A stretch of DNA of 64,000 nt, taken from the IMG/VR virus record IMGVR_UViG_3300005739_000025; one strand, 5' to 3'. The notes under the pieces were generated by a model, which worked only from the letters and a program-made list of their open reading frames with translations, was not told where the DNA came from and ran no database searches. The position numbers and the translations under genes are program-made. Shown one piece after another: positions 41,825-51,596 of this stretch. The DNA comes from a virus (Duplodnaviria > Caudoviricetes). The number at the start of each line of letters is the position of its first letter. Within the stretch, counting starts at the first letter, position 1.

Positions 41825-43624
41825 GTGGCAGAATACGGAAACGCAGCAACAGGTAGAGAATCTACATTTGGTAAATCGTTAATGAATTACATTAACTCTT
41901 ATTTACCATATGGTTCATACAATACTTTAGAAACAATTGATAAGTTAAATCCTAAATTTACTGAATTTCAAGACACAGGTTCTAGACGTACAGAAGCTCT
42001 CGCTAAACAATCAATTTCTTCTTCCACACAATTTAATAATGAATCTCCTGCTGCCTATTTTAATATAGATACCAATTTCTCACAATATATGTATGCCAAT
42101 ATTCAGGCAGACAAAATTGCTAGATTGAGAGATTATAGAGTGATGGGAGCTTTCTCAGAGGTTTCAAACGCGTTAGATGAAATATGTGATGAATGTGTTA
42201 ATAAAAATGATAACGGTCAAATTATAAAGGTAGCGTTTAGAGAAGATGATTTTTCATCAGAAATTAAAACAGCAGTAGAAGAAGAGTTTCAAAATTATAT
42301 TAGATATTTTGAATTAGAAGAAAAAGGCTGGGAGTATTTCCGTAGTGTGCTGACAGATGGTGAGGTTTATTTTGAACACATAATACATAAAGATTATACA
42401 AAAGAGGGTATTTTAGGTGTTGTTATCATACCTACTGAGCTTGTAGATCCCATTTACGGTAACGTACAAAATATGATTGTAAAGGGTTATCTTTTAAGAA
42501 AGCCTGTATTTGATCCTAAGAACCCACAAAAGATTTTAGATTATCAATTAATACCCTTAGATAAAAACCAAGTTACTTACATTAACTCTGGGGTTTGGAA
42601 TGAAAATAGAACAATGCGCATTCCATTTATCGAAAATTGTAGAAGAGCTTATAGACAATTAAGCTTAATTGAAGATTCTGTAGTTATCTATAGATTAGCT
42701 CGCGCCCCTGAAAGATTAGTATTCAACGTTGATGTAGGAACAATGTCCCCACCTAAGGCTGAAGCTTATTTAAAACGTTTAATGACCCAGTACTGGCAGA
42801 AACGTACTTTTGATTCTTCACAAGGTGGTCAAGTAACTAAATTCAACCCTCAAAGCTATCTTGACAATTATTGGTTTGCAAGAAGACAAGGGTCAGAAGG
42901 AACATCAGTAACAAATTTACCTGGCGCTCAAAACCTAGGTGAATTACAGGATTTAAAATATTTTCAAGAGAAGTTATATGAGGCACTTAAAGTGCCCAAG
43001 AATAGACTAAACAAAGAAAGTGCTTATAACGATTCTATTAATATGCTCAGAGAAGAGCTAATGTTTGCAAAGTTTATTGTTAGAGTTCAACAAAAATTTG
43101 CTGCCGGTCTTAAAAATGGCTTTATTACACACTTAAAATTAAAAGAAGTTTGGGAAAAGTATGATCTCAAAGAATCAGCATTTAATTTAGAGTTTACACC
43201 TCCTACCAATTTCTATGAATTAAGAGAGTTTCAAAAATTAGAGATTAAAGCAAACGCTTTTAACACAATGGTTCAAAATGAGTCTATTTCTAAAACATAT
43301 GCTCAAAGAAAATATTTAAAATGGTCAGATAAAGAAGTAGTTCTTAATAGGGAGTTTTTAAGAAAAGATAAAGAATTCGAATGGGAGCTAGCACAAATTA
43401 CGGCTGGTGGTCCCAACTGGAAGCTACAACAAGCACAAGGCGCTGCACCCGCAGAAGGTCAACCAATGGCCGCTGGCGCTCCAACAGGTATGCCCGGTGA
43501 AGGAGAAGTACCACCACCGACCGAGGGTGGGGAGGTTCCACCTGAGTTCGGACCTGCACCAGCTGCTCCTGCTCCAGAAGGAGGTGCAGAGCCTACTACT
43601 ACAGCTCCTACACCTACAACATAA
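41825..43624 (+). CDS. gp20: Portal (vertex) protein, T4 gp20 family
   Basis: YR.M....EV..ALDEICDE, L..IEDSVVIYRLARAPER.VF.VDVG.M.P.KAE.Y, DNYWF.RR.G..GT, ALKVP..RL. Confidence 0.95.
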   Translation: MAEYGNAATGRESTFGKSLMNYINSYLPYGSYNTLETIDKLNPKFTEFQDTGSRRTEALAKQSISSSTQFNNESPAAYFNIDTNFSQYMYANIQADKIARLRDYRVMGAFSEVSNALDEICDECVNKNDNGQIIKVAFREDDFSSEIKTAVEEEFQNYIRYFELEEKGWEYFRSVLTDGEVYFEHIIHKDYTKEGILGVVIIPTELVDPIYGNVQNMIVKGYLLRKPVFDPKNPQKILDYQLIPLDKNQVTYINSGVWNENRTMRIPFIENCRRAYRQLSLIEDSVVIYRLARAPERLVFNVDVGTMSPPKAEAYLKRLMTQYWQKRTFDSSQGGQVTKFNPQSYLDNYWFARRQGSEGTSVTNLPGAQNLGELQDLKYFQEKLYEALKVPKNRLNKESAYNDSINMLREELMFAKFIVRVQQKFAAGLKNGFITHLKLKEVWEKYDLKESAFNLEFTPPTNFYELREFQKLEIKANAFNTMVQNESISKTYAQRKYLKWSDKEVVLNREFLRKDKEFEWELAQITAGGPNWKLQQAQGAAPAEGQPMAAGAPTGMPGEGEVPPPTEGGEVPPEFGPAPAAPAPEGGAEPTTTAPTPTT

Positions 43625-43663
43625 TTACTTGTAATTTAATAAATATATTTTACACTTGCTTTA

Positions 43664-43861
43664 ATGAATAAGTACGAAATAACCATTGAGGATATATACG
43701 ATTCCAAAAAGGCTAAAAAAATAGCTTTAGAAGGTATAAATGTATATATGGTACATAAACAAGGTCTTAAGCATACAAATGCTTTAAGAGAAGAAATTAG
43801 TAAAATTACACTAAATGGTAGAGTTGTTTATACGTTCAAAAGCGGATTTTCCGAAGAATGA
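43664..43861 (+). CDS. Hypothetical protein
   Basis: ORF track. Confidence 0.6.
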   Translation: MNKYEITIEDIYDSKKAKKIALEGINVYMVHKQGLKHTNALREEISKITLNGRVVYTFKSGFSEE

Positions 43862-44112
43862 CTAGCTTAGAAATAGAAGTTAAGGATAAGACTAAATCCG
43901 GAGCCGTGCACTTACAGGTTAAAAGCTCAGGAGATGATTTAGGTATATTATACCTTTCAGAAGATCAATATAACGAATTTGTAAAGATATTAAGAGCCGG
44001 ATGTTTTAATAAAGAAGTTGACTTATCAGTTGTTGATCCTTATAATATAGAGGAAGAATACGAGGACGAAGATGGAAAAGACAATCTTCATTCATTCTTC
44101 TCTATAGACTAA
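43858..44112 (+). CDS. Hypothetical protein
   Basis: ORF track; ATGA coupling. Confidence 0.65.
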   Translation: MTSLEIEVKDKTKSGAVHLQVKSSGDDLGILYLSEDQYNEFVKILRAGCFNKEVDLSVVDPYNIEEEYEDEDGKDNLHSFFSID

Positions 44113-44813
44113 TGGTAATTTTAGATCCAATAAATCATGTATATTTAGACGCTGATAACAATCAATACGAAAGCGTTACTAGATTTATTAATAAGTTTGT
44201 TCCTCAGTTTGACTTCGAGAATAAAAGTAAGAAGTACGCAGCAAAATATGGTCTAGATGTGGAGGAAGTACGAGAATCCTGGAAACAAAAGAATAAGCAA
44301 AGCACAGATTTTGGAACTCTTATACACGAACAAATAGAAAATAGACTTCTCAAGAAAGAATTCGATTATGAAAGAATTATTGAAGATGTAGCTTTTGAAA
44401 TAGAAGAAAGTTTTGACGGTGAATATCTATTAGAACATACTTTATGGGATACAAAAAATAAAATAGCAGGTACATCAGATTTAATAGTAGATAAAGAAAA
44501 TACATTTAGTATTGTAGATTTTAAAACTAACAAACAGATAAAGTACACAAATGATTTTGAAGATAAGTTTCTTCTTAAACCTGTAGATCATCTACCTAAT
44601 AGTGAGTACTTTAAATATGCCTTACAGCTATCTTTTTACGCTTATTTGTATAATCTTAAAACAAACAAACAATTAGATAGATTATGTTTTTACTGGCTTA
44701 AAAGAAAAAATAATAGTTACGAGAATATGGATAAAGCTAGTTGGATTAGACATAACGTACCATATCTTAAAGAAGAAGTGGGGAAGCTTCTAGAATATGG
44801 AAAAAAGAATTAG
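44112..44813 (+). CDS. PD-(D/E)XK exonuclease
   Basis: H.Y, SVT, GT..HE..E, AGTSDL, IVDFKT, Y.LQLS.YA. Confidence 0.85.
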   Translation: MVILDPINHVYLDADNNQYESVTRFINKFVPQFDFENKSKKYAAKYGLDVEEVRESWKQKNKQSTDFGTLIHEQIENRLLKKEFDYERIIEDVAFEIEESFDGEYLLEHTLWDTKNKIAGTSDLIVDKENTFSIVDFKTNKQIKYTNDFEDKFLLKPVDHLPNSEYFKYALQLSFYAYLYNLKTNKQLDRLCFYWLKRKNNSYENMDKASWIRHNVPYLKEEVGKLLEYGKKN

Positions 44814-45213
44814 TTGGGAAGAATACGCTTTAAGATTAGCTCAAACAGCAGCGCTTAGAAGCGAAGACCCTTATAAGAAAGTCGGGGCATGCGCTCTTTC
44901 TTATGATAACAGGGTTTTGGGTGTTTCGTATAATGGTTTAAAGTCAGGTAAAAAAGTCAAAAAAGACTTTTGGTATAATAGAGAAGAGAGAAGACATTAT
45001 ATGATTCACGCTGAGGCCAATCTTCTTTCACTTTTTAAAAGAAATGAATGTAAAATATTAGCGTGCAATTTATTGCCTTGTGAAAATTGCGCTAAACTTA
45101 TAGCCGCGTGGAATATACCTACTGTAGTTTACAATGAAGAATATAATTTAGCCCCAAAAACCAAAGATATACTTAAATTTTATAATATAAAGATAGTCAA
45201 ATTAACAGTTTAA
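44797..45213 (+). CDS. dCMP deaminase
   Basis: RSEDP..KVGA, YNG, HAEAN, PCENC zinc motifs. Confidence 0.9.
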   Translation: MEKRISWEEYALRLAQTAALRSEDPYKKVGACALSYDNRVLGVSYNGLKSGKKVKKDFWYNREERRHYMIHAEANLLSLFKRNECKILACNLLPCENCAKLIAAWNIPTVVYNEEYNLAPKTKDILKFYNIKIVKLTV

Positions 45214-45242
45214 AAAGCCATTTTATAAATAACTAATAATAA

Positions 45243-46418
45243 ATGGCTGCAACAATTTCTATTAATTTTGCTAATGAGCAAGATGTATATGATGAAAGTC
45301 AAGAGACTTTAACGTTAAGAACAAAGAAGAGTGTTAGTGCTAAACTTCTTCAAGACGTTCTAGGTGGTGGTGTAGTTAGTGGTGGTTACGTTCAAAGAAC
45401 GGGTAGTTCGATGACAGGTTTTTTGACACTCACAAGTCTTCCTCCAACCGATCCTTATCACGCCGCTCCAAAAAGTTATGTTGATTCTAGGGCTTACGCG
45501 AGGAGATATTTTTATGAATGTAAAATTCCTGTAACAGGAAGCGGAATAGTTGCACCAAATTCAACAGTACTATCAGGAAGAGATATAAACGACAATCATT
45601 TATATTTCTTTGAAAAGGGTGATACAATGTCTCTTGCGAATATCTCTAGATATATGGATGTTTACAGGGACGGCATCTTACAATCATTTGGTTCTGACTA
45701 TTCTATTATTAACACTTTTGGTAATACTGTATTTTCTGGAATAACAGCAATTAGATTTAATGAACCGTTTGAAAACGGCACAACATTTCAAGTAACAATA
45801 GGAAATGTTGGCGCATTTCCTGCAACCTTTGGAGTACAAGGCTTAAGTGCTGGTAATGGTTTAAATGCTATACCCTACGGAGGCTATACCGCTACTGGCG
45901 CTGTATCAGGTAATGTTAATGTGTACATAGAACCTAGTGAAATTATAGCATCCTCAGAGACAGTAAGGCTGTCATCAGAAATAAATCAATTTTTAACACC
46001 CAGATATCTCTCTGCATATCCCTTAATTCCTAGAGCGTTTGGCCTATTTAGAAAATTAATGGACCCAGAGTGGAATGATATTGAAGGTGGCACAGAAAAA
46101 ACAGCCACTCAACCATATGGTAGTAGTGATGGGTTGTTCATACCAATTGATACAAAGAAAGTAGTTTCAATTCAGAGCGATCCTAATGGTGAATCTGCAC
46201 CTATTAGATTTAGAGTCGTATTAGAAAATGGAATGATGACAGATACAAACTACAACGCTGTAGTTAGTATAAACTCAAGAAATTTTAATACAGAAGAAGT
46301 TGTTTTTGCTACAGTCAATTCTAATACCAAAGAATTAACATCATTTGATTTTTTTGTATATGACGCACTAGGCTCAGCTCCTATTGACGTTTACGAAATA
46401 AGTACTATGGTATACTAA
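45243..46418 (+). CDS. Virion/tail fibre-associated protein
   Basis: G..MTG.LTL...PTDPYHAAPKSYVD fibre motif; late promoter upstream. Confidence 0.7.
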   Translation: MAATISINFANEQDVYDESQETLTLRTKKSVSAKLLQDVLGGGVVSGGYVQRTGSSMTGFLTLTSLPPTDPYHAAPKSYVDSRAYARRYFYECKIPVTGSGIVAPNSTVLSGRDINDNHLYFFEKGDTMSLANISRYMDVYRDGILQSFGSDYSIINTFGNTVFSGITAIRFNEPFENGTTFQVTIGNVGAFPATFGVQGLSAGNGLNAIPYGGYTATGAVSGNVNVYIEPSEIIASSETVRLSSEINQFLTPRYLSAYPLIPRAFGLFRKLMDPEWNDIEGGTEKTATQPYGSSDGLFIPIDTKKVVSIQSDPNGESAPIRFRVVLENGMMTDTNYNAVVSINSRNFNTEEVVFATVNSNTKELTSFDFFVYDALGSAPIDVYEISTMVY

Positions 46419-46419
46419 T

Positions 46420-46911
46420 ATGGGTAATAATATTGCATCAACATTTGTACAAAGATTAAGACGAAGCGGCCTAGGCACCACCCTAGTATCCCAGACATCA
46501 ACCACACCACCTTTATTTTTAGATCCCATTGATATTCCAGGTGTTGTAAGAGCTTATGTAGTTTTTGATGGATATACATTGCCTAATAGAATTTGTAATA
46601 TCATAAAAAAATCTACTAACGTTAATGGAGTAACAGCACAATCCTTAAGAGGGGATTATTTAATAGAATTTTTACCAGGTACATTTTCTGATAGAGATTA
46701 TTTTGTTTCAGGTAATGTATATGCAGATTCTACAGACCCAATAAGCGCTGCAAATACATTTTTTGTTAAAGGATCTGGCTATAGCATGTCAGGCTTTGTT
46801 ACAACAGGTCAACAACAAACAGAAACATTTTTACGTATTCAAACATTAAATCAAACAAACACAGCATTACCTGCTTATGCGAGAAGAGTATCTCTATTAT
46901 TTTATAAATAA
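46420..46911 (+). CDS. Tail fibre-associated protein
   Basis: RAYVVFDG...S.NV..VT....GDY.I.F pattern. Confidence 0.65.
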   Translation: MGNNIASTFVQRLRRSGLGTTLVSQTSTTPPLFLDPIDIPGVVRAYVVFDGYTLPNRICNIIKKSTNVNGVTAQSLRGDYLIEFLPGTFSDRDYFVSGNVYADSTDPISAANTFFVKGSGYSMSGFVTTGQQQTETFLRIQTLNQTNTALPAYARRVSLLFYK

Positions 46912-46919
46912 ATAAATAT

Positions 46920-48224
46920 ATGCCTGTAGTAGCACAAATAAATGTAAATTTTGCATCGTTACCCCAAACGGTTGCCTCTCCAGCAGCTCTACCAACTAAT
47001 ATTAGAGCAGTAAGCCCCCTAACTTTATCTCAATATCTTTTATACAATAGAGATAAACAAGATAATGATGCCCATCTTAGAGATCCCGTGTATATAAATT
47101 ATCAAGGAGGATTTTTAACTGCAGGTGATAAAGTAAACGTAAAGCACGATGGAAACCTACAACTAAGACAAAATCTAGACGTAGAAAAAAGTTTATTTGT
47201 AGATTCTATTTTTAGTAGAAGAAAAGGCGCCACAAACACTACATATCAATCTGATAGATCCGGGGACAGATCTTTAACTTTAGCACCTAACACAGGCGAT
47301 GTTAGTATAACAAATCAATTAAATTTTATAAGATTAAACTCTACAGGAACCTCAAGAAGTATAACTCTTTCTATAAATTTTGGAGCCGCAGCAGATAAAG
47401 AGAATAGTATAACATTAAACAACGATAATAATACTACAAAAACAATGAACCTAAAAACAGGGTTCTTTGAATTAAGGGCAGATGATATTAAAAACTTTGG
47501 TCCTATTTACAATAGCTCAACAGTAGAAATAGAAGGGCAAACTACAATCACTGATAATATTAGAATTACAGGAAATTTATCTTTAGGAGCAGCTTATAGT
47601 AATTTTATAGTAAATGCAGCAACAGGTAATGTTACTCAAACAGGAAGTTTGACCATTAATGTTAATAAATTTACAGTTAATGCAGCAAACGGAAATACAG
47701 TCATTGATGGAACTTTATTAGTGAATGGCGCTACCGTAACAATAAAAGGCGCCACAACCGTAAGCAACTCTATTACATTTGATACCGGGGGGTCAACAGC
47801 TGATTCAAGAATGATTACCGGGTTAAGAAGAGTCGTAGACTTTTCAGATATTACAAGTGTAGGAAGAACCACAAACGCAATGACTATAGGCGATTTTGTA
47901 GATAGGTTTTACCATATACCTAAAAATGAAAATTCTTCTTATACAGTTACTAATTCAGATAGTCAAACTACAATATTATGTAATAATACTAGTAATATTA
48001 ATATATCTCTTCCCGCTGGTCTAAGAGTAGGAACCCAAGTTTCTTTTATTAGACAAAATACAGGTAAAGTGACTTTTGTAGGTGCGGGGACAACTATAAA
48101 ATCCGCTCCCACGGATAGTTTCAGTAGCCTGGCTTTTACAAGTTCTGTAGGAACTTGTTTTTTTGCAGGTATAGTTAACGGACAACCAACTTGGTATTTG
48201 TTTGGCGATTTACTACCACCTTAA
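46920..48224 (+). CDS. Tail fibre-like protein
   Basis: Beta-rich repeats; C-terminal ISLPAG..VGTQVSF module; late promoter upstream. Confidence 0.7.
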   Translation: MPVVAQINVNFASLPQTVASPAALPTNIRAVSPLTLSQYLLYNRDKQDNDAHLRDPVYINYQGGFLTAGDKVNVKHDGNLQLRQNLDVEKSLFVDSIFSRRKGATNTTYQSDRSGDRSLTLAPNTGDVSITNQLNFIRLNSTGTSRSITLSINFGAAADKENSITLNNDNNTTKTMNLKTGFFELRADDIKNFGPIYNSSTVEIEGQTTITDNIRITGNLSLGAAYSNFIVNAATGNVTQTGSLTINVNKFTVNAANGNTVIDGTLLVNGATVTIKGATTVSNSITFDTGGSTADSRMITGLRRVVDFSDITSVGRTTNAMTIGDFVDRFYHIPKNENSSYTVTNSDSQTTILCNNTSNINISLPAGLRVGTQVSFIRQNTGKVTFVGAGTTIKSAPTDSFSSLAFTSSVGTCFFAGIVNGQPTWYLFGDLLPP

Positions 48225-48235
48225 TAATTATATAT

Positions 48236-49414
48236 ATGGCTACAGCAGTTAGACCCCCAGGTTATTATACATCCTGGTTACATGTTGTCACAGAGATAAA
48301 AGATACCAATTTAGACAAATACAAAAACGGTATCAATCTTTATAATTGGATAGGCGATTGGACACAAGCCAATTATGGCCATAGGTGGACTAACGCTAGT
48401 AAAAAGTTAAATGCAATTTTAACTATAAATTCTGGATCAATAGTTTACGCTCCCAGTTTTGATACACCAATTAGTTCAACATCTACAGGTTTCACAAATT
48501 CACCCACCCCGGCGTCCAGAATTCCAGCTATATTAATTCCTGATGACTTTAGGGATTTTGATAGAATTACTATTATTAATAATGGTATTATTATAGGACA
48601 ATACGGGGTTAGAAGTTATAGTGGTTCCGGTAGCTTTACACCCCCACAAATTAATTCAAGCAGCACTGTTATTGTTACAGATTTTATATCCCCCGCTACT
48701 CTTTCCGTAGCTGGCGGTGGTGGACGCGGTGGTGAAAACGCAGGTTCAGGCTCTGGAGGTGGAGGAGGTGGAGGAGGCGCCGGCGGACTAAGTACTAAAA
48801 CTGTTACAGTTGCCCCAGGGGTTCCTGTAGTAGCAAGTATAGGTGGGGAAGGGCAAGGATCATCATATTCTCAAAGTGGAAAAGTATTAGTTTCTGCTGG
48901 AGGGGGTGGTGCTGGTGGGAATGGCTTTGGAGGTAACAGAGGTAGATACTGTGGAGGTTTTAATATAGCAGGAATATGTTTTAATTGGTTTAATACTTGG
49001 GCTGACGGCGAAGGTGGCGAAGGCGGAAGAGGGGGTAGCCCTGGGGGACGAGACGGACAAAAAGGAGGGAGCGGGGGATATAGGTATGATAGATCGGGCA
49101 TGCAAAGAAATAGTGGGGGAGGATCCGGTGGCCAAGGAACGGGGGGTAATGGGGGTAAGGGAGCTGATGAACCTAAAGGAAATGCTGGGTCTGGATCCAG
49201 AGGTTGGGCCGACTGGTCGTACAATAGAAGAGAACTTTACGGACCAGCAATAGTTAATTTTCACGATAATGTAAGAATTATTAATAATTCTGTAATAGCA
49301 GGTGGATACGCACAGAGACCGGTATATGCTGTTTACGGAACAGGTCTAATGGAAGCGCCTCCTACTGGAATTATAATAGGAGGCTCATTCTCGGGACCCC
49401 CTCCTAATACTTGA
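48236..49414 (+). CDS. Glycine-rich adhesin-like protein (gp38-like architecture)
   Basis: Trp-containing N-terminus, ITIINNGIIIG and VRIINNSVIAGG strands, polyglycine runs. Start moved from TTG 48191 to ATG 48236. Confidence 0.6.
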   Translation: MATAVRPPGYYTSWLHVVTEIKDTNLDKYKNGINLYNWIGDWTQANYGHRWTNASKKLNAILTINSGSIVYAPSFDTPISSTSTGFTNSPTPASRIPAILIPDDFRDFDRITIINNGIIIGQYGVRSYSGSGSFTPPQINSSSTVIVTDFISPATLSVAGGGGRGGENAGSGSGGGGGGGGAGGLSTKTVTVAPGVPVVASIGGEGQGSSYSQSGKVLVSAGGGGAGGNGFGGNRGRYCGGFNIAGICFNWFNTWADGEGGEGGRGGSPGGRDGQKGGSGGYRYDRSGMQRNSGGGSGGQGTGGNGGKGADEPKGNAGSGSRGWADWSYNRRELYGPAIVNFHDNVRIINNSVIAGGYAQRPVYAVYGTGLMEAPPTGIIIGGSFSGPPPNT

Positions 49415-49445
49415 TATTTTTAAATTTTATATCAAAATATATTAT

Positions 49446-50009
49446 ATGAATTTAAATGTAGAAATGCCTAAAACATTTCCAAACGTATTAACATCAGAGC
49501 TGTTTAAAAGAGTTAAGGATGATGTGGAATCTAATGGATGGATTTTTAAAAATAGATCTTACGATGGGGATACAATTTTAAGCTGGACACAAAAAAGAAA
49601 TGATAGATCTATTATTTTAGAGGCAGGAAATTACATAAAAGGTGTTATAGAGAAGTATCTAGATGATAAATTTACTCTAATGCGAATACATTTTAACGGT
49701 CAAACCTACGGTCAAAACGGTAAAAGTCATCAAGATTATTATATTCCAGGCATAGTTACCTTCATACTTTATGTAAACGAAGACTGGGAGTATGAATGGG
49801 GAGGTGAAACATATGTAATAGATGATAAAAACAAATTAACTATAAATCCAGTAATTCCCAATTCAGGCATTCTCATTCCCGCTTTTTGGTATCATTGGGG
49901 AAACGCCCCTACAGTTACAAATAAATTAAGAATAACAATAGCCTTTTCGTATTGTTTAGAGGAAATATTTGACACAGTTAAAGAAAATCTAGAAATATTA
50001 ATAGATTAA
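49446..50009 (+). CDS. 2OG-Fe(II) oxygenase (prolyl-4-hydroxylase-like)
   Basis: HQD...W..EWGGE...H...LRITIAF. Confidence 0.85.
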   Translation: MNLNVEMPKTFPNVLTSELFKRVKDDVESNGWIFKNRSYDGDTILSWTQKRNDRSIILEAGNYIKGVIEKYLDDKFTLMRIHFNGQTYGQNGKSHQDYYIPGIVTFILYVNEDWEYEWGGETYVIDDKNKLTINPVIPNSGILIPAFWYHWGNAPTVTNKLRITIAFSYCLEEIFDTVKENLEILID

Positions 50010-50056
50010 ACTTGCAATATTCTAACATTCCTTTATAAATATATGTACATTCAAAA

Positions 50057-50131
50057 ATGAAACTACATACATCAATTATGGATTCAGGTCGACCAAGTCT
50101 CTTTGGGAAATGGACAACCTGTATCTTTTAA
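50057..50131 (+). CDS. Putative 24-aa leader peptide MKLHTSIMDSGRPSLFGKWTTCIF
   Basis: Manual translation; directly followed by hairpins and a terminator. Confidence 0.35.
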   Translation: MKLHTSIMDSGRPSLFGKWTTCIF

Positions 50132-50159
50132 GCGGGTATATAGTAGAACTTTTTGTACC

Positions 50160-50191
50160 CGCTACCTAATTAAATAGGTAGCGTTTTTTTT
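50160..50191 (+). terminator. Intrinsic terminator
   Basis: CGCTACCTA-ATTAAA-TAGGTAGCG 9-bp stem followed by 8 T. Confidence 0.75.
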
Positions 50192-50200
50192 AATCAATAA

Positions 50201-50282
50201 AGGCTTTATAGGAGGTGAGCCTGAATCACTGAAACAGCCACCGTGAAACCGTGGGTTCGATAAACGAAGAGGTGTATCGTTC
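50201..50282 (+). ncRNA. Putative structured RNA ahead of the tRNA array
   Basis: AGGCT/AGCCT, CTG-AAA-CAG, CCAC/GTGG and CGATA/TATCG hairpins. Confidence 0.4.
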
Positions 50283-50290
50283 TTTTTTTT

Positions 50291-50361
50291 GCGGGTATAT
50301 CATAGTGGTAATGAGTCTGCTTGCCAAGCAGATTAGAGGAGTTCGATTCTCCTTACCCGCT
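50291..50361 (+). tRNA. tRNA-Gly(GCC)
   Basis: GCGGGTA/TACCCGC acceptor; loop TTGCCAA; TTCGATT T-loop. Confidence 0.9.
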
Positions 50362-50417
50362 TTTTTACAGTCCCGGGGTAATCCCTCTTAACAATGGATC
50401 CCGGGTAAGATTTCAAT

Positions 50418-50488
50418 GCCTGGTTAGTTTAATGGTAAAACGGTTGATTTGTAATCATCTGACGTCAGTTCGATTCTGTCACTGGGCT
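50418..50488 (+). tRNA. tRNA-Thr(TGT)
   Basis: Loop TTTGTAA; TTCGATT T-loop. Confidence 0.85.
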
Positions 50489-50501
50489 CATTTTTTTTTA
50501 T

Positions 50502-50577
50502 TGCGGAGTCGACAAGGGGTTAAGTCAGAAGTCTCATAAGCTTCTATGCGCTGGTTCGAATCCAGCCTCCGCAACCA
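50502..50577 (+). tRNA. tRNA-Met/Ile2(CAT)
   Basis: Loop CTCATAA; encoded CCA; lacks initiator GGG/CCC anticodon stem. Confidence 0.85.
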
Positions 50578-50582
50578 TTTTT

Positions 50583-50666
50583 ATGTCCGCTCACAAGTGG
50601 GATTGTAGACGGTCTCCAAAACCGTTGTCGTTTGACTAAGGGGTTCGATTCCTCACGGACATGCCA
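50583..50666 (+). tRNA. Atypical tRNA with CCA anticodon (Trp) and a variable arm
   Basis: Loop CTCCAAA; 6-bp anticodon stem; GTC/GAC variable stem; GCCA end. Confidence 0.75.
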
Positions 50667-50670
50667 TTTC

Positions 50671-50741
50671 GCGGTGGTAGTATAATAGTAGTACAGGAGT
50701 CTTCCAAACTTCGGGCCTCGGAGCGTAACCGTGTCACCGCA
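50671..50741 (+). tRNA. tRNA-Gly(TCC)
   Basis: Loop CTTCCAA; atypical T-loop AGCGTAA. Confidence 0.8.
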
Positions 50742-50775
50742 TTTGATTTTACGTTATAATATACTATAATAAATT

Positions 50776-51540
50776 ATGTTTTTTAAGAAAACCAAAACAC
50801 CCTATATAAAGTTTATTCCCATAGTCGAGGGTTTAAAAGAATTTATCCCCATAATACCAGCTAAAAGTTATTTACCTGATTGGTGGGAAAAAATAAACAT
50901 AAACGAAAATGTTAAATTTGCTAATAAACGTCCTGTTTCTACTGGTACAGTTAGAAAATGTCCAGGTATAATGGATTTTTTAAAAACAGGCTATATTATA
51001 CCCGCCTGGACTGATATATATATTACAGTTAAAGGTAGAGAAAGTATAGAATTTGAACTATCCGATAAAAGATTTAATGCTCGTATACACAGCAATGATC
51101 AATTTTTAAACTATATACCTGAACATTCAAAAACAGAGTATCTTTGGACTTTGAAGTTACAGAGTCCTTGGTTTATACAAACCCCACCAGGTTATAGTGT
51201 TATGTATATAAACCCGTATTATCACTTTAACAAATATTATGATATTGCCCCTGGTATACAAGATACAGATATATATCATGATTCCAACCAATTTTTGTTA
51301 ATTAAAAAAGAAGGAGAATTTTTAATAGAACGAGGTTCTCCACTTAGCATAGTTTTTCCTTTTAAACGAGAAGACTATGACTTTACGATGGAAGATTATG
51401 ATTTTTTTAAAACAGAGAAATATAAATCTAGAGAAGAATTTGTATCGTTTTCAAAATTTTCATCAATGCTTTCTTATAAAAAAGAACAACAAAAACAAAG
51501 AAAATGTCCTTTTTTATGGAATCATAGCTCAATCGGTTAG
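50776..51540 (+). CDS. Conserved hypothetical protein, paralog 1 (PAK..P.WW..KCPG..DFL..G.I.PAWTD)
   Basis: ORF track; clear paralogy to 54109-54840; 3' end overlaps tRNA-Asp. Confidence 0.8.
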   Translation: MFFKKTKTPYIKFIPIVEGLKEFIPIIPAKSYLPDWWEKININENVKFANKRPVSTGTVRKCPGIMDFLKTGYIIPAWTDIYITVKGRESIEFELSDKRFNARIHSNDQFLNYIPEHSKTEYLWTLKLQSPWFIQTPPGYSVMYINPYYHFNKYYDIAPGIQDTDIYHDSNQFLLIKKEGEFLIERGSPLSIVFPFKREDYDFTMEDYDFFKTEKYKSREEFVSFSKFSSMLSYKKEQQKQRKCPFLWNHSSIG

Positions 51541-51591
51541 AGCACTGCCCTGTCACGGCAGGGGTTGCGAGTTCGAGTCTCGTTGATTCCG
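51518..51591 (+). tRNA. tRNA-Asp(GTC)
   Basis: GGAATCA/TGATTCC acceptor; loop CTGTCAC. Confidence 0.9.
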
Positions 51592-51596
51592 TGAAT

